64,000 nucleotides of DNA, taken from an uncultured Gammaproteobacteria bacterium. GTDB taxonomy: Bacteria > Patescibacteriota > Microgenomatia > 0-14-0-10-38-17. Both the position numbers and the translations under genes were made by a program. Below, one piece after another: positions 27,045-35,735 of the stretch (the first letter of the stretch is position 1; each line of letters starts with the position of its first letter). The notes under the pieces were generated by a model. The model was given only the letters and a program-made list of their open reading frames with translations, did no database searches and was not told the DNA's origin. The DNA lies in the NCBI GenBank assembly GCA_964348895.1, contig CAYGEH010000001.1, positions 6,676-70,675 of the forward strand. Reading direction: 5' to 3'.

Positions 27045-28779
27045 TTTTTTTGAAAAAATTTTTAGGCAAAAACCGACCAGTTAAGGTAAAAAACAAAAAT
27101 GCCCCCCAAGAAAATAAGCTAATCCAATTTGCAACCCTTCTAACGGAAGTATCTTGCAAGGAAATTTCCACCACAACCTTTCCTTCCGGTAAAGATAAAA
27201 CCATAAAACCATTTTCATTAGTTCTAATATCAACAAGCTCTTTGTTTACTCTTGCTTGCCAACCAGGAAAATAAAAGCGTTTAATAATTACCTCTTCTTC
27301 TTTCGGGAGCAGGGCAGCAAAAATAATTTTATCAGCTCGATTAAGGCTAATTTCTACTTTTTCTTGAGCAACAACTAGAGGCGGTTGGTAATGATCTTCC
27401 GGAACTTCTTTAACCGTTTTAGGTAAATAGTCGGTTAGAAACTCTCTTTGTTGATACTGCCATAGAGGATAAGATAAATAAGACTGGTCGTTAATGGCTA
27501 ATCTTTCTCGGGGCTGAAAATAATTAAAGTTTAATCCCAGTAAGGCTAAAAACAAGAAAACAAAAACTAAAAAGAAGCCTTTCCGTAACCAATTAACCAA
27601 GAATCCTGCTAAAACTGAAGCAGAAAGGCCAATAAAAATTAAAAAACGCCAAGGAAATTGTAAAAAGGCCAAAAAGGGCAATCCTTGCCAAATAAAAATA
27701 GACCGCTGATGACTTAAAAAGGCAAAAAACCAAAAAAAGACCAAAAAGAATAGCGGCAAACAAGCTTTCTTGTCTTGATAAAAAAACTTTCTATCGCTAA
27801 GCCAGCGCCAACCAAGTAGGGCTAAGGTTAGAAAAACGGCCAGCCAGTGAAAATGGCCAATCTGAAAAGACATTCCATCCTCTATTCCAAAAACAGACCC
27901 CCCATAATTCCAATATCGAGAAAGAAATAATTGGCGCAAAGAAGGAAAGTGATTGTAATAAGCATAATAACCACTAGTCATATCAGCAATATGGGTTAAA
28001 TTCTTTTCTAAAATTGCTGGAAGAATAAAAAAAGCGGCCATTCCCAGGGCTAAAATAAAAGAAAAATCAAAAAAGGCCCCCTGTTTAAGTTTGGTCCAAG
28101 ACCAATCTCGATTAGCAACAAACAAAAATAAAACGAAAACCACTAGCCAGGCTAAACCAATTAAGGCAACTGCATTATGAGCAATCAAAATTAAAAACAA
28201 ACTAAAGGTAAGACAAAGAAACTTTTTTATATTTTGCTGATCAAAAAAGCTTTTGGCAAAATAAAAAGCAAGTGGTAACAAGTTCATTCCCCAATATTCA
28301 GCTAAAGTTCCTCGAACATAAATACTTAGCGCACGATATGGTAAAAACAACCAAAATAAAGCTGAAATTGCTCCACCCCAAAAACCAAACAACAGTTTTC
28401 CTAAAAAAAAGATACTAATTGTTCCAACCAGCCCCGCTAGGGCAAAACTTAACTTGTTGGCTAAAGTGAAGGAGGTCCCCAAGAAGCGGAAAATCATTCC
28501 AGCAAAATAAGACAGAGGTGGATAAAAATTAAAAAAAGGGTAACCATAGCCCTTGCCCAGGTCTGGCAACCAACGAGGGGGAAACTGACCTTCGCCTAAA
28601 ATTCTTTCTAGATTATAAAGACGAATAAAATGAACTCCGTCGTGGGTGGGAAAATCTCCTGTTAAAAAGAAAAAGCGATGGGTAAGAATGAAGGCGACCA
28701 ACAACAAAAACAAAACTAATCCCTTTTGCCAGCGGGAATTTAACCAGACCATCATTTTCTTTTTCTTAAAAAATAACAA
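27037..28779 (-). CDS. Polytopic membrane protein of the QFPPRW paralog family (putative GT-C)
   Basis: THDGVHFIRLYNLER...GQFPPRWLPDLGKGYGYPFFNFY, SIYVRGTLAEYW, RYWNYGGS...DGMSFQIG, C-terminal FYFPGWQ plus a final TM. Confidence 0.55.
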   Translation of the reverse strand: MLFFKKKKMMVWLNSRWQKGLVLFLLLVAFILTHRFFFLTGDFPTHDGVHFIRLYNLERILGEGQFPPRWLPDLGKGYGYPFFNFYPPLSYFAGMIFRFLGTSFTLANKLSFALAGLVGTISIFFLGKLLFGFWGGAISALFWLFLPYRALSIYVRGTLAEYWGMNLLPLAFYFAKSFFDQQNIKKFLCLTFSLFLILIAHNAVALIGLAWLVVFVLFLFVANRDWSWTKLKQGAFFDFSFILALGMAAFFILPAILEKNLTHIADMTSGYYAYYNHFPSLRQLFLSRYWNYGGSVFGIEDGMSFQIGHFHWLAVFLTLALLGWRWLSDRKFFYQDKKACLPLFFLVFFWFFAFLSHQRSIFIWQGLPFLAFLQFPWRFLIFIGLSASVLAGFLVNWLRKGFFLVFVFLFLALLGLNFNYFQPRERLAINDQSYLSYPLWQYQQREFLTDYLPKTVKEVPEDHYQPPLVVAQEKVEISLNRADKIIFAALLPKEEEVIIKRFYFPGWQARVNKELVDIRTNENGFMVLSLPEGKVVVEISLQDTSVRRVANWISLFSWGAFLFFTLTGRFLPKNFFKKND

Positions 28780-28847
28780 GGCTTTCTTTTCTTTAAGTAT
28801 TAAACACTAATTGTATAATTAATGTATTATCATATAATATAGGAAAA
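28780..28847. promoter_or_regulatory. AT-rich divergent intergenic region (probable promoters for 27037..28779 and 28848..30047)
   Basis: 68-nt AT-rich spacer between divergent start codons. Confidence 0.3.
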
Positions 28848-30047
28848 ATGAAAAGAAAAAAAGTTAAAAATATTTGGAGCAAGACTCAAGCCTTGGCTCT
28901 TCGTTTTCCCTTAATCACTCTTGGTTTCGCTTTTGTTATTAGTCTTTCTGTTCTTTATTTTCCCTTCATTTTTCACCTCGACTCCTTTTGGGGTTTAGCC
29001 TACACCTTTGACCGATTCAACTTTTCTACCATTTTACTTAACTTTGATAGCCTTAATTATATTATTGTTGCCAAAACTTGGTATTTGCCAGAACAGATTG
29101 TTACCCTCTTTCCAGGCATTGCCGAACCACCCCATTATTTTCCAGCTCACTTTCCTCTTTATCCAGCCCTAATTTGGCTAGTGGCTAAACTACCAGCTGT
29201 TAACTATCCCTATGCCTCAATTTTAGTTACCCTAGTTTCTTCTGTTTCTACAATAATAGTTTTTTACTATTTTGTTAAAATGTTTTTGGGCGAAAAGAAG
29301 GCTTTAATTTTATCCTTGGTGTTCTTGGTTTTTCCTGCTCGGTGGCTGGTTGTCAGAGCTGTTCCTAGTCCAGAGCCATTATTTTTAACTACTATCCTGG
29401 GAGCAATTTATTTCTTCAAAAAAGAAAAATATGCCAAAAGCGCACTTTTTGTAATTTTTTCTCAAACTCTTAAAAGCCCTGGAGTTTTATTGGCTGGCTC
29501 CCTAGGCTTAATTACCTTAGTTAAAATTTATCAAGAAAAAAATCAACTTAAAGATGCGCTCAAAAAATATTGGCCAATGTTAATTACCCCAGTTGGATTA
29601 TTGGCGGTTTTCTTTTTTTATTATTTGGTTACTGGTGACTTTCTCATGTACTTCAAGACTGGGGACAATATTCACCTTTATTGGCCACCATTTCAGGTTT
29701 TTAATTTTCTAGAAAGATGGGTTAACACAATTTGGTTAGAAGATGTTGTTTTTATTTATCTTGCCGGTTTAATTTTACTCCTTAAGCTCTGGGAAAAGTA
29801 TCGTTTTGACATTTTGTTTCTTTTTCCTGGAATTTTTTATCTATCAATTCTCTTTGTTTCTCATCGGGATATCAGTCGATATCTTCTTCCTGCAGTCCCT
29901 TTTTTAATCTTGGGAGGAGAAAGCTTTTTTACCAGCAAAAAATTTCTTATTGCCTTAGCGATTCTTTTACCAGCTTTATTTTTATATTCCATTAACTTTA
30001 TTTCTTTTAACGTTATGCCCCTGGCCGACTGGACCCCCTATCTTTAG
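28848..30047 (+). CDS. Polytopic membrane protein (possible GT-C-like), unknown family
   Basis: 399 aa, about 10 TM; plus strand, divergent from the main operon. Confidence 0.35.
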   Translation: MKRKKVKNIWSKTQALALRFPLITLGFAFVISLSVLYFPFIFHLDSFWGLAYTFDRFNFSTILLNFDSLNYIIVAKTWYLPEQIVTLFPGIAEPPHYFPAHFPLYPALIWLVAKLPAVNYPYASILVTLVSSVSTIIVFYYFVKMFLGEKKALILSLVFLVFPARWLVVRAVPSPEPLFLTTILGAIYFFKKEKYAKSALFVIFSQTLKSPGVLLAGSLGLITLVKIYQEKNQLKDALKKYWPMLITPVGLLAVFFFYYLVTGDFLMYFKTGDNIHLYWPPFQVFNFLERWVNTIWLEDVVFIYLAGLILLLKLWEKYRFDILFLFPGIFYLSILFVSHRDISRYLLPAVPFLILGGESFFTSKKFLIALAILLPALFLYSINFISFNVMPLADWTPYL

Positions 30048-30144
30048 TCTTCTTCTAATAAAAGGCATATTTCTTAAATCCGCTAAAAACAAACCCTGTC
30101 CGATTTTTTTGACAAAAAAAGAGGCTGATGTTGCCAAGAAGGGG

Positions 30145-31332
30145 TTATTTTTTTGTTTTAACCCTTAAAAAGGAAGGGGCAAAAGCCTTCCAAATAACAA
30201 CGTTGTACATTAACCAATTATAGGGAATAACCAAAAAACCAATTGCCAACACAAGCCAAAGGTGTCGCCAGGCGTTTCCTGTCAGACTGGTTCCTAGCCA
30301 AACGACTAGAGTTTGTAAAATTAAGGCTCCCGCCGAGGCTAGATTAAAGGCAAGAAACTTTTTTAGAACCTCAAAAAAGGTTTTAAACTGATAAGTTTTA
30401 AAAGTCCAAAAATTATTAAATAAGAAATTAGAAATAATGGCCATTTCTGTGGCCAAAAGAGTTGCTAGGGCAATTGAAAGGTTAAGTTGATAGAAAAGCT
30501 CCAACCCTGAAGCGTTAACTAAATATCCAATAAAACCAACTAAAGAAAACTTTAAAAATCGTTGGCTGACCGGATCGTGCCAGCGAAGCAGAACAACAGT
30601 TCGAAAAATGTCTTTGGCGGTATTAGAAGAAATTTTTGATTCTCCTTTAATTCGTAACCCAAATTGTAAGGGAATTTCACTGGTTTTTGCTTTTAAACTA
30701 ACCACCATGCGATAAAGTAAGTCTAATTTATAGCCAAACTTATAAGAATAAAGCTTGTCTAGGTTGATTTTGTCAACGAAACCCCTAACTCGAGAAGCCC
30801 TCAGGCCGGTGGTAGGATCAGTAATGCTAAAAAAATTCTTCGTAGGAAAGAAAAGAATAAATCGCGCTACTAGTCCGCCGACTTCAGAAAAAAACACTCT
30901 CTTTATCCCCCACCCTTTAGGGTTAGAACCGCCTTTAATTTTCCTAGAACCTAAAACATAATCATAGCCTTGGTCAATTTTTTTTAACAAAACAGGAATG
31001 TCTTTAGGTGGGTGTTGAAAATCAGCATCAAACTCAATTATTACTTCAGCAGACAATTTTTCTATCGCATAACGAAAACCAACCACATATGCCCAACCAA
31101 TACCCATTTTTTCTTTATTCAAATAAAGATGAAGATTGGGATATTGGGCTTGCTTTTTTTGAACAATTTTATAAGTACCATCAGGAGAAGTGTCGTCAAC
31201 AATTAAAAGATAAATTTGCCAATCAGCAACTTTAGGAAAAGTTTTGCTGAAAAGATGATCAATCATTTCTCCAATTACCTCAGCCTCGTTATAAGTGGGA
31301 ATGATTACCACGGCTGTTTTCTTTTTTGTCAT
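30145..31332 (-). CDS. Polyprenyl-phosphate sugar synthase (DPM1-like GT2) fused to a C-terminal GtrA-like membrane domain
   Basis: AVVIIPTYNEAEVI...LLIVDDTSPDGT...EFDADFQHPP (Dpm1 signature), then 4 TM with FLKFSLVGFIGYLVN...NFLFNNFWTF (GtrA-like). Confidence 0.75.
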   Translation of the reverse strand: MTKKKTAVVIIPTYNEAEVIGEMIDHLFSKTFPKVADWQIYLLIVDDTSPDGTYKIVQKKQAQYPNLHLYLNKEKMGIGWAYVVGFRYAIEKLSAEVIIEFDADFQHPPKDIPVLLKKIDQGYDYVLGSRKIKGGSNPKGWGIKRVFFSEVGGLVARFILFFPTKNFFSITDPTTGLRASRVRGFVDKINLDKLYSYKFGYKLDLLYRMVVSLKAKTSEIPLQFGLRIKGESKISSNTAKDIFRTVVLLRWHDPVSQRFLKFSLVGFIGYLVNASGLELFYQLNLSIALATLLATEMAIISNFLFNNFWTFKTYQFKTFFEVLKKFLAFNLASAGALILQTLVVWLGTSLTGNAWRHLWLVLAIGFLVIPYNWLMYNVVIWKAFAPSFLRVKTKK

Positions 31333-31417
31333 AATAATTGAAATATATCACAAAATTTTTTAAAAGTTAAAAAATTTTTATTCTTAAAATAGCCTCGGTG
31401 GTGATAAAATAGAAAGG

Positions 31418-32107
31418 ATGATTATCCACATAATAACTCTTTTTCCTGAGGTTTTTGATCCAATCTTAAACATCAGCATTTTAAAGCGAGCCCAAAACAA
31501 GGGCCTAGCAACAATCAAGCTTTATAACTTAAGAAACTGGACTAGCGATAAACATAAAACAGTTGATGACCGACCATATGGAGGCGGGGCGGGCATGATA
31601 CTAAAGGTTGAGCCAGTTTATCGGGCAATAAAAGAAATTAAGACTAAGACTAAAAACAATCAACTAAAAACCTTTCTTCTTTCTCCAAGAGGAAAAATTT
31701 TTAATCAAAAACTTGCTCAAGATCTGGGTGGTCTTAAAGAAATTTTATTAATTTGTGGTCGATATGAAGGCTTTGACGAGCGGATTAAAAATTTTATTGA
31801 TGAAGAAATTTCAATTGGCGATTATGTTTTAGCCGGTGGCGAAATTGCTGCTATGGCAATAACTGAGGCTGTTATTCGTCTTCTTCCGGGTGTTTTAAAA
31901 AAATCAGAAGCAACAGAAAACGAATCTTTTTCTGGCCTTAACGACCAGATTCTTCTTGAATATCCCCAATATACTAGACCTGAAGTTTTCTTAAATTTTA
32001 GGGTTCCCAAGGTTCTTCTTTTGGGAGATCAGCAAAAAATAAATCTTTGGCAAAAAACAAAAAGCCAGAAATTAACTAAAAAACATCGGCCAGATTTACT
32101 AAAATAA
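31418..32107 (+). CDS. trmD: tRNA (guanine37-N1)-methyltransferase
   Basis: IITLFPEVF, RPYGGGAGMIL, ICGRYEGFDERI, GDYVLAGGEIAAM motifs. Confidence 0.95.
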   Translation: MIIHIITLFPEVFDPILNISILKRAQNKGLATIKLYNLRNWTSDKHKTVDDRPYGGGAGMILKVEPVYRAIKEIKTKTKNNQLKTFLLSPRGKIFNQKLAQDLGGLKEILLICGRYEGFDERIKNFIDEEISIGDYVLAGGEIAAMAITEAVIRLLPGVLKKSEATENESFSGLNDQILLEYPQYTRPEVFLNFRVPKVLLLGDQQKINLWQKTKSQKLTKKHRPDLLK

Positions 32108-32177
32108 TATTTTTTTTGCCAAGTCGTTTGTTCTTCTGGTTTTTTTATATTTTTCGTAAAACCAGCAAAGCAAAAAA

Positions 32178-33074
32178 TTAAGTTAATTTAATTTGATTCT
32201 TCATTTTAACTAAACTTTTATCAAGGGGGGTTATTTTAATCCCAAGGCTTTTAACTTTTTTATTGCTAAGAGCTAAATTTTTTTGCCAAAAACGAGAGGT
32301 TTTGTTTAGGTTCTTTTGATATTGCCTTAAACTCCCCTTTTTAACTAAGCTCGGATCAAAAATAAAGATTTCTGCTACTTTTCTAGCTAATTGATAAGGG
32401 GAAAGATTTTCTGAACCTACCAAGTGAAACAAGCCCCTTTTTTTAGAACTTAAAAAATAATCAACTCCTAGGGCAACATCGTCAATAAAGGTTGGAGTAA
32501 TTATTTGATCCTCAAACATGGGGTAAAGGCTTTTTTCTTCTAAACCGTTAATAATTTTTCTAATTAAATCTTTTTTGGGAATAAAATTAGAACGATAGGG
32601 AAAAGCAATCCGAAGAATGGTGGTCGAAGCCTTGCTGTCTAGAAGGAGCTGTTCTGCTTCATATTTTGTTTGTCCATACCAATCGATTGGGGCAGGCCGA
32701 TCTTCTTCGTTATAAAGCCCATCTTTTTCTCCTGAAAAAACAAAATCAGTTGAAAAGTGAATTAAGTGTTGGCCGTACTTTTGCGATTGATCAAAAACGT
32801 TTTTTGTTCCAAGAACATTAAGTTGATAACAAAGCCCTTTTTTATTACCCCTATCTTCATGAGCAAGACTAGTGTCGGTAAAGGCAGCTAAATGTAAAAC
32901 TGCCACTGCATCGCTGTGTTCTTGAAAAGCTTTTTTTAAAACAGACTGGTTTAAAATATCAACACCACTAGTTAATGAAAAATCAATTAAATAATATTTA
33001 TTGCTAAGTAATTCAACAAGTCGAGAACCAACCAAACCAGATAAACCAGTACCGATTATTTTCGTTTTCTTCAT
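32178..33074 (-). CDS. rmlD: dTDP-4-dehydrorhamnose reductase
   Basis: N-terminal Rossmann GTGLSGLVGSRL, YGQTKYEAE (YxxxK); position downstream of rmlC-rmlB-rmlA. Confidence 0.8.
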   Translation of the reverse strand: MKKTKIIGTGLSGLVGSRLVELLSNKYYLIDFSLTSGVDILNQSVLKKAFQEHSDAVAVLHLAAFTDTSLAHEDRGNKKGLCYQLNVLGTKNVFDQSQKYGQHLIHFSTDFVFSGEKDGLYNEEDRPAPIDWYGQTKYEAEQLLLDSKASTTILRIAFPYRSNFIPKKDLIRKIINGLEEKSLYPMFEDQIITPTFIDDVALGVDYFLSSKKRGLFHLVGSENLSPYQLARKVAEIFIFDPSLVKKGSLRQYQKNLNKTSRFWQKNLALSNKKVKSLGIKITPLDKSLVKMKNQIKLT

Positions 33075-33089
33075 TTTAAATTAAAAAAA

Positions 33090-33641
33090 TTACCAACTTA
33101 AATCAATTTTAATTTCTTCAAAAAAGGGAAGCTTTTGATCCTTCTCTGAAACCATTAAAGTTTTTGTTTGGGGCCAGGCAATGTTTAGGCTACGATCATT
33201 CCAGACTACTCCCCCTTCGGAATCAGGCCGATAAGGATTGCTAACCTGATATTCTAAATCAACCAGTTTGGTAAGAGCCAAAAATCCATGAGCAAAACCC
33301 TTGGGAATAAAAAATAGTTGCCTATTGTTTTCTGATAGCTCTACTCCCTGCCACCCTCCAAATGTTTTTGAATCAGGCCTCAGGTCAACCGCCACATCGA
33401 AAGCTCGACCCCGCACCACCCTTACCAGCTTGTCTTGAGCAAATCGACCTTTTTGAAAATGAAGACCACGCAACACTCCTCGACTCGAACAAGAATGATT
33501 ACTTTGAACAAAGTTAGCCTTAATCCCGTTTTGAAGAAACTCTCTTTTACTATATGTTTCCATAAAAAAGCCTCTTTTATCGGTAAAAACTTTAGGGGTA
33601 ATCAGAAACAGGCCCTTAATTTTAAGCTTAACAAACTCCAC
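33090..33641 (-). CDS. rmlC: dTDP-4-dehydrorhamnose 3,5-epimerase
   Basis: FTDKRGFFMETY...RGLHFQ...FIPKGFAHGF cupin signature. Confidence 0.9.
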   Translation of the reverse strand: MEFVKLKIKGLFLITPKVFTDKRGFFMETYSKREFLQNGIKANFVQSNHSCSSRGVLRGLHFQKGRFAQDKLVRVVRGRAFDVAVDLRPDSKTFGGWQGVELSENNRQLFFIPKGFAHGFLALTKLVDLEYQVSNPYRPDSEGGVVWNDRSLNIAWPQTKTLMVSEKDQKLPFFEEIKIDLSW

Positions 33642-34651
33642 TATTTTTTAGCTAAACGCTGATAAAAAGATTCTGATTCTTTCTTCTTTTTTTCCCACCA
33701 AGACCGATTATCCTCATACCAAGTAATTGTTTTTTTCAAACCCTCTTCAAGGTTGTATTTAGGCTCCCAGTCTAACTCTCGATTAATTTTCTCCCAATTA
33801 ACAGCATAGCGCCGATCGTGTCCGGCCCGATCGGGAACAAATTCCAACCAATCATCTGGACTTTTCCCCATAATTTTAAGAATTAATCTTGCCAGTGATA
33901 AATTATCAACATCTTTTTTTAACCCACCAACACAATATGTTTCTCCTGGCTTACCCCCAGCCAAAACTGCCTCAACTGCTCGAAGGTGATCTTCAACATA
34001 AAGCCAATCGCGAACATATTTACCATCACCATAAATAGGAATTTTCTTTCCTTCTAGGATATTAGTAATCATTCGGGGAATAAATTTTTCTGGATATTGA
34101 TAGGGGCCATAGTTATTAGAGCAATTAGTGATTGTTACTGGTAGCCCAAAAGTATGATAATAAGATAAAATTAAATGATCCGCAGCAGCCTTAGAGGCAG
34201 AATACGGGCTTGAGGGGCAATATTTAGTTGTTTCGCTAAATTTATCTTCACTGTTTAGGGGCAGGGCACCAAAAACCTCGTCAGTGCTAATGTGATGAAA
34301 TCGCCTGGCTTTGTTTTTTAGGGCAGATTCCAGTAAGTTATGGGTTCCCAGAAAATTTGTGATTAGAAAAGCTTGGGGGTCAGCGATTGAGCGGTCAACA
34401 TGAGATTCAGCGGCAAAATTAACTATAACATCAACATTCCTTACTAGCTTAGACACTAAGTCTTTATTGCCAATATCTCCCTGAACAAAGCGATAGTTTG
34501 CTGACTTTTCAAGTTTTCTTAAATTTCTCCTGTCTCCAGCATAAGTCAGCTTGTCGAGGTTAACAATTAAATCTTGGGGGTAAGTCTGATGATGGTAGAA
34601 AATAAAATTAGTGCCAATAAAACCCGCCCCACCAGTCACCAGCAATTTCAT
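33641..34651 (-). CDS. rmlB: dTDP-glucose 4,6-dehydratase
   Basis: LLVTGGAGFIGTNF, YSASKAAADH (YxxxK), 336 aa extended SDR. Confidence 0.95.
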   Translation of the reverse strand: MKLLVTGGAGFIGTNFIFYHHQTYPQDLIVNLDKLTYAGDRRNLRKLEKSANYRFVQGDIGNKDLVSKLVRNVDVIVNFAAESHVDRSIADPQAFLITNFLGTHNLLESALKNKARRFHHISTDEVFGALPLNSEDKFSETTKYCPSSPYSASKAAADHLILSYYHTFGLPVTITNCSNNYGPYQYPEKFIPRMITNILEGKKIPIYGDGKYVRDWLYVEDHLRAVEAVLAGGKPGETYCVGGLKKDVDNLSLARLILKIMGKSPDDWLEFVPDRAGHDRRYAVNWEKINRELDWEPKYNLEEGLKKTITWYEDNRSWWEKKKKESESFYQRLAKK

Positions 34652-34715
34652 CTTGTTTGATTTTAGGGAAAAAGGCCAATTTAGTCAAGACAAAAAGATT
34701 CAAACCAAAAGTCCT

Positions 34716-35444
34716 TTAAAGCTGAGAAGATTTTTTTTGAGCCCAATATTGGCTTGAGCGAAACAAGCTATCAAAGGTGCCAGCATCTGACCAAAACCCA
34801 TTCAACTCAAACCAGGTTAATTTGTCTTTTTTCAAATAGTGATTGTTAACATCAGTAATTTCTAGCTCTCCTCGCTTGGAAGGTTTTAGAGTGCCAATAA
34901 TGTCAAAGATTTTGTGATCATAAAGATAAAGCCCAGTAACGGCAAAGTTTGATTTAGGCTTGGTCGGTTTTTCCTCAATTCTAACAATCTTTCTTTTGTC
35001 TTGAGAGTCAAATTCTGGTACCCCAAACCTCTCCGGATCGGGCACTTTTTTTAAAAAAATCGCTGCTCCGTCAGTAAATTTCTTTATTGCTCCCGCAATA
35101 TCAGCATCGGTGGTGTTGTCTCCTAGAACCACCGCCACAGATTCATTAGCAACAAAATCTCTAGCTAGCGACAGGGCGGCGGGAATACCCCCTTCGCCCT
35201 CTTGAAAGGCAAAGCGTAAATGTTTTAACCCTAGCTCTTTTCCATTTTTTAAAACCCTCAGAAAGTGTCCAGCATGAGGACCACCAGTAACCACCAAAAC
35301 CTCGCTAATCCCAGCTCGAACCAGGGTTTGAATGGGGTAAAAAATCATTGGCTGATCATAAACAGGCAAAAGGTGTTTGTTTGTCGCAGCAGTAAGTGGC
35401 ATTAACCTCGTTCCTAATCCTCCAGCTAAAACAACCCCTTTCAT
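34716..35444 (-). CDS. rmlA: Glucose-1-phosphate thymidylyltransferase (short form)
   Basis: GVVLAGGLGTRLMPLTAATNKHLLPVYDQPMIFYPI; 242 aa, shorter than the typical RmlA length. Confidence 0.7.
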   Translation of the reverse strand: MKGVVLAGGLGTRLMPLTAATNKHLLPVYDQPMIFYPIQTLVRAGISEVLVVTGGPHAGHFLRVLKNGKELGLKHLRFAFQEGEGGIPAALSLARDFVANESVAVVLGDNTTDADIAGAIKKFTDGAAIFLKKVPDPERFGVPEFDSQDKRKIVRIEEKPTKPKSNFAVTGLYLYDHKIFDIIGTLKPSKRGELEITDVNNHYLKKDKLTWFELNGFWSDAGTFDSLFRSSQYWAQKKSSQL

Positions 35445-35477
35445 AAGAATGAGAATAACCCAAAGCTTTTCAATTTG

Positions 35478-35735
35478 TCAAATCAAACTAAACAATAAAA
35501 CTGCCCCCAAGAGTGACACCACAAAGTACTCTAAAATAACCCGAAGCTCTAATTCTTCTTTTCGATAGTGATACCACAGGCTCCAAAGAAAATACCAAGT
35601 AGCCAGGGCAATAATTGCCCAATTTTTCTTTTCCGATAAGGGGGGTAATAATAAAAAAACAATTACCCCAATAAATAAAACCATTACTAAGACCAAATAA
35701 GCAATTAAGTCAGAAAATATTCTTTTTTTTCTCAT
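35478..35735 (-). CDS. Small two-TM membrane protein, hypothetical
   Basis: 85 aa, two hydrophobic helices; 4-nt overlap with the upstream gene. Confidence 0.3.
   Translation of the reverse strand: MRKKRIFSDLIAYLVLVMVLFIGVIVFLLLPPLSEKKNWAIIALATWYFLWSLWYHYRKEELELRVILEYFVVSLLGAVLLFSLI

Noticed and set aside
8403-28779. The W(D/N)YG tetrapeptide in the QFPPRW-family proteins resembling the WWDYG motif of STT3/PglB/AglB oligosaccharyltransferases
   Set aside because: Only a 3-4 residue resemblance located in a different context (mid-protein, followed by the DG(M/I)SFxIG block); insufficient to call an OST; kept only as a note for profile searching
32136-32165. Hairpin CTGGTTTT-(14 nt)-AAAACCAG between convergent trmD and rmlD as a bidirectional terminator
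   Set aside because: The stem is AT-rich and lacks a flanking T-run on either strand after the stem, so it was not listed as a feature
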